DNA from: an uncultured Candidatus Peribacteria bacterium
GTDB lineage: Bacteria; Patescibacteriota; Gracilibacteria; UBA1369
Length of the DNA stretch: 64,000 nt
Direction of reading: 5' to 3'
Assembly (NCBI GenBank): GCA_964624115.1
Contig: CAZUXI010000001.1
Coordinates: 35,548-99,547 of the forward strand
Position numbers and translations under genes: made by a program
In this document: positions 26,790 to 36,417 of the stretch, one piece after another
Position numbering within the stretch: the stretch's first letter is position 1
Layout: each line of letters starts with the position of its first letter
Notes under the pieces: model-generated
Seen by the model: the letters and a program-made list of their open reading frames with translations, nothing else
The model's database searches: none
What the model was told of the DNA's origin: nothing

Positions 26790-28589
26790 ATGGATAAGAT
26801 TGCTGTTTTGGATTTTGGTGGTCAGTATGCGCATTTAATTGGGAATCGGGTTCGGCGATTGGGTGTTTATAGTGAGATTTTTGATGGTGAGGTGAAGGCA
26901 GAGCAACTTAAGGGTTTTCAGGGAATTATTCTCTCGGGGGGCCCACAGAGTGTGTATGATGAAGGCGCAATCCAATGTGATCCGGCTTTGTTTGATTTGG
27001 GGATTCCTGTTCTGGCAATCTGTTATGGGCATCAACTTTTGGCACAAACTCTTGGGGCAAAAGTGGCCCCGGCTCAGGTAAGAGAATATGGAGCAACGGA
27101 AATGGTGGTAAAAGAGAAGAAGAGTATTTTTGAAGGCCTTGATGATATGGAAATGGTTTGGATGAGCCATGGTGATACCGTTACTGATTTACCTCAGGGT
27201 TTTGAGGTTTTTGGTTCGACCCAAGATGGTGAATGTGCGGCGATTGGAAATGTGGAAAAAAGTTTTTTTGGAATTCAGTTTCATCCGGAAGTGACCCATA
27301 CGGTTCATGGAAGAATGATGCTGGATAATTTTTTGAAAATTTGTGGCGTAAAGCGTGAATGGAAAATTGATAATTTTATTGAGCAGGAAATGGGGGCTGC
27401 CCGAAAGTTTGCCGGTGACAAGAAGGTCTTCATGCTCATTAGTGGCGGTGTTGATTCCACTGTTGCTTATGCACTTTTGGCCAAGGCTTTAGGAAGTGAA
27501 CGGGTCTATGGAATGTTTGTGAATACCGGTTTCTTACGAAAAGCTGAGGTTGAACAGGTGGAAAAAAGTTTGCGTGATTTGGGCTTTAGTAACCTCCATG
27601 TGGAAGATGCGAGTGCTCAATATTTTGAAGCTTTGAAAGGGGTTTATGAACCGGAAGCGAAACGAAAAATTATTGGTGAACTTTTTATTCAGGTCGCACG
27701 GGAAGCTTTGGCTCGACTGAATTTTAATACCGATGAATGGTTATTGGGTCAAGGAACCATTTATCCTGACACCATTGAAAGTGGTGGGACGAAACATGCG
27801 GCAAAAATTAAGACGCATCATAATCGGATTGAAGCGATTGAAAAAATGATTCAGGAAGGTAAAGTTATTGAGCCACTGGCACAGCTTTATAAAGATGAAG
27901 TTCGTGAGGTTGGTGAAAAATTAGGGATTCCGCGAGAACTGGTTTGGAGGCATCCGTTTCCGGGACCGGGTTTGGCGGTTCGCTGTTTATGTGCGGAAGG
28001 TGATGATTATCCAGATGGGTATGCAGAGCTTGAAAACACTCTTAATGCTGAGCTTCAGGAGCATAATCTTCAGGGACGACTTCTGCCCATCAAGAGTGTG
28101 GGGGTTCAGGGCGATTTTCGAACTTATCGACACCCGTTGGTGGTTATGGGAAAGAGCGATTTTAAGGTTTTAGGCGCATTGGCTACCCGGATGATTAATC
28201 AGCATCGAGAAATCAATCGGGTCATGTGGATGGTGGGTGGTGATAATATTGAGAAAGTTAATGTCAAAGCGGGATATTTAACTCCTGAACGTATTGCGCT
28301 CCTTCAAGAAGCTGATAAAGTAGTTCACGACTTTATGGTTGAAAAACAGCTGGATCGAAAGATTTGGCAATTTCCTACGGTTTTGATTCCGATTTCTGTG
28401 AATGGAGAAAATACTGAGTCGGTGGTTTTAAGACCTGTGGAATCAGAGGAAGCGATGACGGCGAATTTTTATCAAATGGACTTGGAACTTGTTCAGGAGC
28501 TTGGAAAACGGGTATTGGTCATTTCTGGCATTGGAGCGGTATTTTATGATGTTACTTCGAAGCCGCCGGGAACGATTGAGTGGGAGTAG
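26790..28589 (+). CDS. guaA: GMP synthase (glutamine-hydrolysing), long form
   Basis: GATase domain with ICYGHQLL, PP-loop SGGVDSTV, and C-terminal dimerisation domain ending PPGTIEWE. Confidence 0.9.
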   Translation: MDKIAVLDFGGQYAHLIGNRVRRLGVYSEIFDGEVKAEQLKGFQGIILSGGPQSVYDEGAIQCDPALFDLGIPVLAICYGHQLLAQTLGAKVAPAQVREYGATEMVVKEKKSIFEGLDDMEMVWMSHGDTVTDLPQGFEVFGSTQDGECAAIGNVEKSFFGIQFHPEVTHTVHGRMMLDNFLKICGVKREWKIDNFIEQEMGAARKFAGDKKVFMLISGGVDSTVAYALLAKALGSERVYGMFVNTGFLRKAEVEQVEKSLRDLGFSNLHVEDASAQYFEALKGVYEPEAKRKIIGELFIQVAREALARLNFNTDEWLLGQGTIYPDTIESGGTKHAAKIKTHHNRIEAIEKMIQEGKVIEPLAQLYKDEVREVGEKLGIPRELVWRHPFPGPGLAVRCLCAEGDDYPDGYAELENTLNAELQEHNLQGRLLPIKSVGVQGDFRTYRHPLVVMGKSDFKVLGALATRMINQHREINRVMWMVGGDNIEKVNVKAGYLTPERIALLQEADKVVHDFMVEKQLDRKIWQFPTVLIPISVNGENTESVVLRPVESEEAMTANFYQMDLELVQELGKRVLVISGIGAVFYDVTSKPPGTIEWE

Positions 28590-28593
28590 AAAA

Positions 28594-28674
28594 AACGGGA
28601 AGGGGAAACGGGGTTTCCCGATTCGGCTGAAAGGCCTCCTGAACAACTGCCCTCTCGTAGGCCCTTCTTTCCTT
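28594..28674 (+). repeat. Repeat element copy C: short module only, with a 30-nt in-frame insertion
   Basis: aac ggg aag ggg aaa cgg ggt ttc ccg [30 nt] cct ctc gta ggc cct tct ttc reads NGKGKRGFP[IRLKGLLNNC]PLVGPSF. It fills the convergent gap between guaA and the next gene. Confidence 0.65.
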
Positions 28675-29784
28675 TTAGGCCATGGTGTTCATGGTGAGGG
28701 CGGCGATGAGGGGGATGATGAGGTTGTCGTCGAATGTTTTGTCTAAGAAACGGATAGAGAAGATCTCCCAGGCCATGGCAAAGGTGGCACCGAGGAAGGC
28801 CATTTGGAAGGGGACAAAATTAAAAGCGCCTATGGTTGCAATAATGATGGCAAGCACAGTACCTTCCAAGTGCTTTATGGGATTGAGTGGATTTTTGAGT
28901 TTGCCAAAGTAGGTTCCAACCAGCGTTGAGACTGCGTCACCGAGGCCCATAATCATGATGGAGGCGAGGGCGATAGGTTTGGGGAAAAAGATGGTCACCA
29001 TAAATGAACCTATCAGGAGGTAGATTGCTCCCTTTCCAGGAAATTGTGTCAGGTGGTCTTTCCGTTCAAAGGGTCGAAGTAAATGAAGAATGAAAGGGAT
29101 TTTTTGGTATTTGACTGAAAGTGAACACCCAATTCCGATAATTATGAGAATAAAGAGCGAAATGGTGTGCAGAAGGTCAAATTTTATGAGGAGGGCAATA
29201 GACACCGCTGAGAAGGCGTGGGCAATTTGCCTTCGTAGCTCGAGCTTGCTTTTTACATGATGGAGAAACCAGTTGGTGAGCTGATATTTTTCTTCAGCGG
29301 ACAGGATTACTTTGGCAATCACATATCCGATAACACTTCCGGCGAGGAGATCTGAAAGGTAATGAACGCCGAGGTAGATTCGACTCAAGATGATGAGGAA
29401 TGTAAAAAGCATGAGGGGAAGGTGGATCCGTTTTTTGGGGAATATTTTTGGTAAAAAGGCGATGATTGCTGAACAGATGGTCGCGTGCATACTGGGAAAA
29501 GCGTAGCCGGATGCTTGGGTTAAGGCGATATCGCTGAGGTTTTCAGTGTGGTAGGGGCGGGGGATTTGAAAAAAACGTTTGAGAAGGTAACTGATTTCAA
29601 GTGTTATTCCAGCAGACAAAGTGAGGAGGATAAGGATGTTTCCTTTTCGTTTTTTCAGAAGAAAGAGTGTCAGGAGCACAAGAAAAATATAGAGGCCAAT
29701 ATCCGTTAAAAAAAGCATGCTTTGATCAAGCCATGGAGTTCGTAAGGTGGCGATGAATTTTACGATGGTTTGATCGATGTTCAT
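28675..29784 (-). CDS. PAP2 phosphatase domain fused to a polyprenol/dolichol-kinase-like (CTP-transferase-type) membrane domain
   Basis: The N-terminal half has PAP2 motifs (KRFFQIPRP, FPSMHA, SRIYLGVHYLSD). The C-terminal half (GKGAIYLLIG...IMGLGDAVSTLVGTYFGK) resembles dolichol/phytol kinase family proteins as I recall them. Confidence 0.55.
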   Translation of the reverse strand: MNIDQTIVKFIATLRTPWLDQSMLFLTDIGLYIFLVLLTLFLLKKRKGNILILLTLSAGITLEISYLLKRFFQIPRPYHTENLSDIALTQASGYAFPSMHATICSAIIAFLPKIFPKKRIHLPLMLFTFLIILSRIYLGVHYLSDLLAGSVIGYVIAKVILSAEEKYQLTNWFLHHVKSKLELRRQIAHAFSAVSIALLIKFDLLHTISLFILIIIGIGCSLSVKYQKIPFILHLLRPFERKDHLTQFPGKGAIYLLIGSFMVTIFFPKPIALASIMIMGLGDAVSTLVGTYFGKLKNPLNPIKHLEGTVLAIIIATIGAFNFVPFQMAFLGATFAMAWEIFSIRFLDKTFDDNLIIPLIAALTMNTMA

Positions 29785-29799
29785 GTCTTTTGGTTTGGA

Positions 29800-30486
29800 C
29801 TAAAATCTAGTGGCAAAAATAAACCAGAGCGGCTGCAGAAGGAGGAGTATAAAAAGTACCAGAAGGTAGATGTTTTTATTTAAACGCTCTTCTTTTAAGC
29901 GGTTTTGGAATGTTTTCAGTTTCCCTTCAACGATTCCGAGCGCCTCCTGGGCTTTTTCAACCTTGGCTTCTTCGAGTTGTAGGATTTTTTTGTATTCGAG
30001 CAATGGAACGGTTTCATTTTTTTGAATTTCCAGCTGCGCTTCCAGTTGCCCGACTCGATAATTTGCACCCTCTAAGCGCTCCTGTTTTATTTTCAGTTCC
30101 TGTTTGAGTTCTTCGTAAAGTTTTTGATAGATTTTCCCAGAATTTTCTTCGGGTGGAATTATCGACTGGGGTGGGGGTGGCGTGTCGGTCGACATGACAA
30201 CTGAGCTGTCTACCCCTGAGACATCAATCATTTCTTTTACATCAAAGTTATTACCAGTACCAATGTCTACATCAGCGACACTCCTTCGCTGGTAACTTTG
30301 TCTCCCCTGCTGACTCCTCTTTTGACCACTTTGGCCTCTCTTAAAGCTCCTTACCTCATCATCATTGAGCATTACACGCCCGTAGATCTCTTGAACACTG
30401 AGTTTTCCTGATGCAATATACCTGTCTACCGTACGGACAGATACTGAGAGTATTTGGCTTGCCTGCAATCTACTTACCGTATACAT
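29800..30486 (-). CDS. Hypothetical protein with an N-terminal excisionase/MerR-type HTH, a coiled coil and a C-terminal TM anchor
   Basis: The HTH pattern is YTVSRLQASQILSVSVRTVDRYIASGKLS. Heptad-rich QLEAQLEIQKNE follows, with a hydrophobic tail IYLLVLFILLLLQPLWFIF. Confidence 0.5.
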   Translation of the reverse strand: MYTVSRLQASQILSVSVRTVDRYIASGKLSVQEIYGRVMLNDDEVRSFKRGQSGQKRSQQGRQSYQRRSVADVDIGTGNNFDVKEMIDVSGVDSSVVMSTDTPPPPQSIIPPEENSGKIYQKLYEELKQELKIKQERLEGANYRVGQLEAQLEIQKNETVPLLEYKKILQLEEAKVEKAQEALGIVEGKLKTFQNRLKEERLNKNIYLLVLFILLLLQPLWFIFATRF

Positions 30487-30622
30487 AGTGTGGACATTTA
30501 GATGTCTATACTGTCTATATCATGGATGGAAGCGGTGTACAAATTTGGAATGTGTGGGGCCAGTGGAAATGGATAATTTTATTCTTCATTTTTCCCCTCC
30601 TCTTCCTGTAGAATGCGGGAGT

Positions 30623-31378
30623 ATGAAAATAAAAAGAAATATCACTTGTTTGATTTTAGCCTTGAGTCTATTGCTGCCAATGACGGCTTTTGGCGAAACT
30701 GTGCCGGCACCAACCGAGATAGACACTATTTCGCAAAGCCCCCAGACCAACGATCGACCGATTGGAAGAGGGGAAGCGGTGGCCAAGATGGTCAAAACAT
30801 TGGGCTTAGAGGAAAGAAACAAGGATTTTCTCGACTTGTGTTTCAATGTTCCCGATGAGTGTTTTTTCGCTTTTGGAGCACAGTCAGATTTTGATGGGAT
30901 CTCTTTTGACCCACTGGTTTTGTACCCGGACGTTCCGGCTGCAAACCGTTTTTCCCGTGAAATTAACGTCGCAACAGCACTGGGGCTCGTCAAGGGTTAC
31001 CCTGAAAATAATACCCCGTTTAAACCCCAGGGAAACCTTTTGAGGATACATGCCCTTAAAATTGTTCTGGAAGCACAAGGATTAGTTCAATGGAAGGAAT
31101 ATTTTGAGCTCGAGGGTGATGAAAAAGAAAGATTTGCAAAATACAAAGACTTGGAGGACGCACCTGAAGCATTCAAGCAGGTGTGGTGGATGGTCCGATA
31201 TATTTGTTTTGCTATAAATTATGGTATTCATCTTGATGAGATTGGCGTCAATTTCAATAACTTCGAAGGAATGTTAGACCCCATTTCCGTTCAAGAATTT
31301 GACCATATGCTTGACCAGAGTATTCAAATTTATGAAAAAAATAAGAAAGCTGACTCATCCCGAGATCCTCTTATCTAA
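30623..31378 (+). CDS. Secreted hypothetical protein with an SLH-like segment
   Basis: Starts at ATG 30623 with signal peptide MKIKRNITCLILALSLLLPMTAFG. YPDVPAANRFSREINVATALGLVKGYPENNTPFKP resembles an S-layer-homology motif. Confidence 0.45.
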   Translation: MKIKRNITCLILALSLLLPMTAFGETVPAPTEIDTISQSPQTNDRPIGRGEAVAKMVKTLGLEERNKDFLDLCFNVPDECFFAFGAQSDFDGISFDPLVLYPDVPAANRFSREINVATALGLVKGYPENNTPFKPQGNLLRIHALKIVLEAQGLVQWKEYFELEGDEKERFAKYKDLEDAPEAFKQVWWMVRYICFAINYGIHLDEIGVNFNNFEGMLDPISVQEFDHMLDQSIQIYEKNKKADSSRDPLI

Positions 31379-31880
31379 ACCGTCACCTGAGGAGGTGCAT
31401 AAGAAAAAACGTACTCCTTTTTATGTCGTTTTGGACAATATTCGGAGTCTTCATAATGTCGGGTCGATTTTTCGCACTTCGGATGCGGTTTTGGCTCAAA
31501 AATTATACTTGTGCGGGATCACTGGGCGTCCGCCCCGAAAAGAGATTGATAAGGTGGCTTTAGGGGCATGTGACTTGGTCCCTTGGGAATATGTTGAGAA
31601 CACCGAAGATGCCCTGATGCGCCTGAAGAATGATGGTGTTAAGATTTGTGCCCTGGAAATAACTGATCAAAGCAGAACCTTTTGGGAAATGAAATACGAT
31701 TTTCCCGTGGCTTTATTGCTTGGAAATGAAGTTGATGGTATTTCTGAAGGGGTTATGGGATTGGTTGACTTTGCTGTTTCGTTACCTATGCTGGGACGGG
31801 CTAATTCGCTGAATGTGGCCAATGCTTATACGGTGATGGCTTATGAATTTTTGAAGCAGTATTCGGACTTTTCCTCATGA
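31332..31880 (+). CDS. SpoU/TrmH-family RNA 2'-O-methyltransferase
   Basis: VVLDNIRSLHNVGSIFRTSDA, LLLGNEVDGIS and IPMLGRANSLNVANA are the SPOUT motifs. Confidence 0.8.
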   Translation: MKKIRKLTHPEILLSKPSPEEVHKKKRTPFYVVLDNIRSLHNVGSIFRTSDAVLAQKLYLCGITGRPPRKEIDKVALGACDLVPWEYVENTEDALMRLKNDGVKICALEITDQSRTFWEMKYDFPVALLLGNEVDGISEGVMGLVDFAVSLPMLGRANSLNVANAYTVMAYEFLKQYSDFSS

Positions 31881-31892
31881 TTTCAACAAGTT

Positions 31893-32387
31893 ATGAACAA
31901 TTATTACACAATTTTCAGTAATGAGACCGATCGGGTAGATGTTGATGTTCGTTCGCTTGAAAAACTGTTTGCAAAATGTACTGAAATTTTGGCTCAGGAA
32001 AAAGTATTTGAGCGATTTGGACAGGGTGGTAATATTTCGGTAATAATGGTCGATAATGAGCTTATTTCACAATACAATTCACAATATCGCAAGAAAGAGG
32101 GGCCGACGGATGTTATTTCATTGAGTTATTTGGAGGGAAGAGAAAAAGAGGGCGGTTTTCCAGGTGAAAATTTGGCTGGGGAGATTATTATTTCTTTGGA
32201 AATGGCCGAAAAACAGGCGAAAGAGTATGGTCTTACCTTTCAGCAGGAGTTGGAGTTTTTGTTTGTGCATGGAGTTTTGCACATTTTTGGGTTTGATCAT
32301 GAAGATGAAGCGGATCGACGGGTAATGTTTGCATTGCATGATCGGATTTTGGAACGTTCGGATTGGCGAAAGGGCCATGGTGAATAG
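31893..32387 (+). CDS. ybeY: rRNA maturation endoribonuclease YbeY
   Basis: HGVLHIFGFDHE zinc-binding motif, consistent size, and PTDVISLSY. Confidence 0.9.
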   Translation: MNNYYTIFSNETDRVDVDVRSLEKLFAKCTEILAQEKVFERFGQGGNISVIMVDNELISQYNSQYRKKEGPTDVISLSYLEGREKEGGFPGENLAGEIIISLEMAEKQAKEYGLTFQQELEFLFVHGVLHIFGFDHEDEADRRVMFALHDRILERSDWRKGHGE

Positions 32388-32425
32388 AATTTTGAAATCT
32401 GAATTTAAATGACTTTTTTTAATCT

Positions 32426-33037
32426 TTGAATGAATGTGGTATGAAAAATTTTAAGGTTCCTTCACTGGTGTGGATACTCCTCATGGTCTTGGGTCTCATT
32501 GTATTTATAGGCGGTATTACGTTGATCTTTTTTGGTATCGCAACGATAGAGGGGGTTGCGTCGATTCTTATGTTGATTGCGGGATATCTGGCGTTTCGTT
32601 TTACTGCCCCTTGGGATTCAACTGAAGTATTCAGCAATAAGAGTGGTATGAGCTCCTTTTTGGTGGCGATTGGTGTTGGGTTTTACGCTTTGATGGGCAT
32701 GGCGATTGATCAACCGGGGAATTTCCTTTACAATAAGCCTTTGGAAATACTTTTTTGCCCGGCCGGCTCACAACTTGTGCGTGACACCATTACACTCAAT
32801 CCGCTTCCTGGAAGAACCGATATTCTGCAGGATTTTCCTTGTGTTACGAAATTCGTGACTGCGGAAGAGGACGTGAGGGTGGTGAAAAGAATTGGAATGT
32901 TTGAGGTGATTGGAACCAGGTTTATTGAATATCTGGTTTTGGGTTATTTCCTCTTATGGTTGGGAAATTTTATGGCAAAACGAAAGAACAGAGGTCGCTT
33001 GATGGCGCAAAAATCCAGTGAAAATACTTTTCGATAG
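32426..33037 (+). CDS. Hypothetical membrane protein
   Basis: 203-aa ORF with 4-5 hydrophobic segments. I recognise no family. Confidence 0.45.
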   Translation: MNECGMKNFKVPSLVWILLMVLGLIVFIGGITLIFFGIATIEGVASILMLIAGYLAFRFTAPWDSTEVFSNKSGMSSFLVAIGVGFYALMGMAIDQPGNFLYNKPLEILFCPAGSQLVRDTITLNPLPGRTDILQDFPCVTKFVTAEEDVRVVKRIGMFEVIGTRFIEYLVLGYFLLWLGNFMAKRKNRGRLMAQKSSENTFR

Positions 33038-33042
33038 TTTTT

Positions 33043-35799
33043 TTACGTTCTTCCCTGACCGACAGCGATCCACTTACTGCTGTTTCCATCGTATATGAGC
33101 ATAATTGAGCCTTGAGCTGTGGTAACGAAGTTGGCACCACCACCGGTGACGAGGGTGTCGATTTGATTTGCAGCTGTTGAGGAGCCGCTCAAGCTTGTGA
33201 TGGTCATTGCCTGGTTCGTTGAATTAAAAAGGATGACTACTTTCCCATCGACTCCTCCTGCGATACCGGTAATTGAGAAGGCGCCTGTTGGGCCGGTTAC
33301 TCGAACGAAGCTGGCGGTTCCAATGTTGATGTTATTGTTGGCACCGTTTACGAGGGTGATGTCGGCACGTCGCATGGCGAGATCACCATTGATATCAACA
33401 GTTGTATTGGGATTGCCATTTAAGCCTGCGAGGAGTTCACCCGCGAGTGATAGATCATCCGAGAGGTCAAAACGGAGATTAGTTGCGTCCCAAACTAAAC
33501 TTTCATTGGTTGGAGTTCCATCACCGTACTGCAGTGTAATGTTTCCGGAAGCGTTATCGTTGTCTATGGTCCAGGAAGCGCTTGTGGTTCCTGTAAGCGA
33601 GCTGAGTTGGGCATTACTTGCCAGTTGGGTCCAAACGGCCGCGCCAGCAGTGGAGTTGGTCAGGACATATTGTGCGTCTGCAGCAGTATTGATCCAGAAT
33701 GTTCCTACGGCGAAACCATCGTTAATGTCATCTGTGGCGGTTGGAGCGGTGGTGGCGGTTTTATTGTTCGTTTCAAGCCGGGTGTTGGTGCCTAGATCTT
33801 GGATTTTCGTTGTGGCGAATGCTATCTGATTATTATTTATGATATTGCGCTCCGAAGTATTGGTGGCGATATTGATTCCCGTTGTGAAGTTACTTGGGTT
33901 GGTTGGATTTCCCCGAATGGCATTTCCAAGGATCACTGAGTCGTCAACATTATCAAAAACACTTATACCTACTGCGTTGCTTAAAATTGAGGTGCCTGCT
34001 TCAATGGTATTATTAATAACCATAACATCTTGCACATCATTCAGGGCTAAACCTAAAGCTCCAGATGTGGCTCCAATATTTCGCGCACGGTTGGAGAAGA
34101 TACCAGAAGCGTTTACGGCTGAAAATACAAAAGAACTCTCCTGGGCTTCGTTCACGATGTTTTCGGAAATAATACTATCGAGGATGGTATTATTGTAGCC
34201 AAAAACTTGTCCTGCGAGGGTGGATGGAGGTACTTCATTATTTCCGTCAAAATGTATTCCATCGACCCAAGAGTTAGTAGAGTTATTACTGGTAATAATG
34301 TTGCGGGTGGCGGTAAAACGGCTTCCTGCCGCTGAGGCACCATCGGTAAAAACAAGTCCGGTACGGGTAGTATTTTTTGTTCCAATTGATTCAATGATGA
34401 GGTCCATGGCTTTATTTTCTGATCCGCCGTTAAAGCAGATACCGTGGATATTAGGAGCGACCTGAAGTTTAAAATTACGGACGATAACATTACTTCTTGG
34501 TGTTGTTCCGGTTGCACCGCCAACCTGAATTGCACAGTTGTTTATAGTGCTAAGACCTCCCCAAGTTCCGGTTTGAACCAGTGTCCCAGGACCTTCACCA
34601 ACTATTTCAATATTATTGTTTGAGATTGTAATTTCGTTCGTGATCGTATGCGTACCAATAAGGAGTTTAATTACTCCACCGCTTGCGCCAAGGCTGTTGA
34701 TGGCGGTTTGAATGTTCATACCAGCGGATACTAGGATGGTACGGTCAGGTACGGTGGTAATTTGCCCAGAAGTGAGTACATTACTTCCCCCGATAATGGT
34801 TACAGGCCAATCGTTGATACGGAGGGGGTTTAGCCCGGTTTGGTCAAGAATGGTCACAGTAGTTGAAGCGCTGAGATTTGATGAGGCGGTGTCATCTAAA
34901 ATATCACCTGCTGCAGGGAGTGATTGGGTACAGTTGGTAAGTTCAATGATGACATCGGGTTCGGAGGCGGCGTTGGAATCAATGGCGTTTTTGAGGTTGG
35001 CAACTTTAAAATCGACTTCATCAAATTCGATAGTACTTTTGGCTGCGTCATCATAAGCATTAATACCAAAGTTGCCCGTGGGATTTATATCAAAAGTAAG
35101 ATTGGTAAAATCGGTGTCTTTTACGTCTAAACGGCCTGCTCCTGAAATTACAACCGTGGTTTGAGCGGTTTCAGTTCCCACCACACGGATATTCGCCAAA
35201 TTTACCGTGGTGGTCACCGGGTAGTTGCCGGGATCGACCCACATTTCACCTCCTGAAAGGGTGTTGAGGTAGGTTGCTGCATCGGCGATGTTGGTGTAAT
35301 CACGGCCGGTTGGGCCAACGGTGACGATTTTAGTTGCGTTGGATGTGGTAATGGATCCCTGGAGTGGCTTCCAAATGGTTCCGTTCCAAGAATAGGTACC
35401 ACTGCTACAGGCGACCGGGGTACAACCTGGCGCCGAGTTATCCGTGCCGGTTAATTCAACGATACGACCAATCTGGTTAGGATAGGGGCCGGGAATTGTC
35501 GGCATGCTCCCAACGTTTTCTGCACGAAACTGATAAATCTGGTTGTTAAGAACGTCGATATCGTTACTGAACTGGAAGCGGTCAAGGGCAATGTTCCAGG
35601 TGATGGTTTGACTGAGCGTAGATGTGGCAAATTCGATGGAGATGTTTGGGGTTGTAGTTCCGTTGTCGCTATTGATGATGAGATTTGTTGACTCTACGGT
35701 CGCAAAATCGTCATTTTGGAAAATGATTGCCGCATTCGCTTGCGTTTGAGTCATCAATAAACTCAAAAAACAGCCAATAATAACCGATCTGAATTTCAT
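33043..35799 (-). CDS. Large secreted right-handed beta-helix repeat protein
   Basis: Signal peptide MKFRSVIIGCFLSLLMTQTQANA. Recurrent N/G/I-rich turns (IxxNxI, e.g. GISVFDNVDDSVILGNAIRGNP) are typical of pectate-lyase-like beta-helices. Confidence 0.6.
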   Translation of the reverse strand: MKFRSVIIGCFLSLLMTQTQANAAIIFQNDDFATVESTNLIINSDNGTTTPNISIEFATSTLSQTITWNIALDRFQFSNDIDVLNNQIYQFRAENVGSMPTIPGPYPNQIGRIVELTGTDNSAPGCTPVACSSGTYSWNGTIWKPLQGSITTSNATKIVTVGPTGRDYTNIADAATYLNTLSGGEMWVDPGNYPVTTTVNLANIRVVGTETAQTTVVISGAGRLDVKDTDFTNLTFDINPTGNFGINAYDDAAKSTIEFDEVDFKVANLKNAIDSNAASEPDVIIELTNCTQSLPAAGDILDDTASSNLSASTTVTILDQTGLNPLRINDWPVTIIGGSNVLTSGQITTVPDRTILVSAGMNIQTAINSLGASGGVIKLLIGTHTITNEITISNNNIEIVGEGPGTLVQTGTWGGLSTINNCAIQVGGATGTTPRSNVIVRNFKLQVAPNIHGICFNGGSENKAMDLIIESIGTKNTTRTGLVFTDGASAAGSRFTATRNIITSNNSTNSWVDGIHFDGNNEVPPSTLAGQVFGYNNTILDSIISENIVNEAQESSFVFSAVNASGIFSNRARNIGATSGALGLALNDVQDVMVINNTIEAGTSILSNAVGISVFDNVDDSVILGNAIRGNPTNPSNFTTGINIATNTSERNIINNNQIAFATTKIQDLGTNTRLETNNKTATTAPTATDDINDGFAVGTFWINTAADAQYVLTNSTAGAAVWTQLASNAQLSSLTGTTSASWTIDNDNASGNITLQYGDGTPTNESLVWDATNLRFDLSDDLSLAGELLAGLNGNPNTTVDINGDLAMRRADITLVNGANNNINIGTASFVRVTGPTGAFSITGIAGGVDGKVVILFNSTNQAMTITSLSGSSTAANQIDTLVTGGGANFVTTAQGSIMLIYDGNSSKWIAVGQGRT

Positions 35800-35877
35800 T
35801 TCTTTTTTGTTTTATGACAAAATTATGTCACATTCATGATACATGATTGACAGGCTTTTGGACAATAAAAATTCCGG

Positions 35878-36390
35878 TTATCCTGCGGCGAATGGTTCAA
35901 TACCAAGTTTTTTCACCCGCATGGGCCGCATTGGCGATTTAACGATAACAGCCCTCTTTGTCACTTCAATAATTTCCGTGCTCTTCAGTAGCCGTTTTTT
36001 GGTATGATACCCAAAAAAAATTTTTGCTATGGCAATTGCTTCTAATTCAAAAGTTTTGGTGTTAAAAAAACAGTTCACCACATGGCCAAGTTTTTCACCT
36101 TCTTCGGTGAGAACCTGATTTTTGAAGATTTTGATTCCGGAATTGAGGGCTTTTTGCACAGGAATAATATCTTCAATATCATCCATGACACCGGTGTCAT
36201 GGATATAGATGTTTTCGTCCCAATACAGGATATCTTCAGGGGTAAGGACTTTTTCATGACGGAATGAAATGAGAAATCCTAAAATTTTCCCGTTTTCCGG
36301 TTTTAAAACCAAATCACGAACCCGTGCGACCGGTTTTCTCTGCTGATCAAATACAAAACTTCCGATGGTTTGAAGGAGTGATCGTTGCAT
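35878..36390 (-). CDS. PRC-barrel domain protein (two repeats)
   Basis: VARVRDLVLKPENGKILGFLI and LGHVVNCFFNTKTFELEAIAI fit PRC-barrel patterns. The ATG is at 36390; the ORF track starts at TTG 36405. Confidence 0.5.
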   Translation of the reverse strand: MQRSLLQTIGSFVFDQQRKPVARVRDLVLKPENGKILGFLISFRHEKVLTPEDILYWDENIYIHDTGVMDDIEDIIPVQKALNSGIKIFKNQVLTEEGEKLGHVVNCFFNTKTFELEAIAIAKIFFGYHTKKRLLKSTEIIEVTKRAVIVKSPMRPMRVKKLGIEPFAAG

Positions 36391-36417
36391 TTTTTTCCTG
36401 ATCAAGGATAGACTAGG

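Noticed and set aside
28489-28746. The 85-aa ORF overlapping the guaA 3' end
   Set aside because: Only the repeat-element motif part (GKRGFP...PLVGPSF) is conserved. The rest overlaps guaA out of frame and is antisense to the PAP2-fusion gene. I treat it as a degenerate element copy, not a gene.
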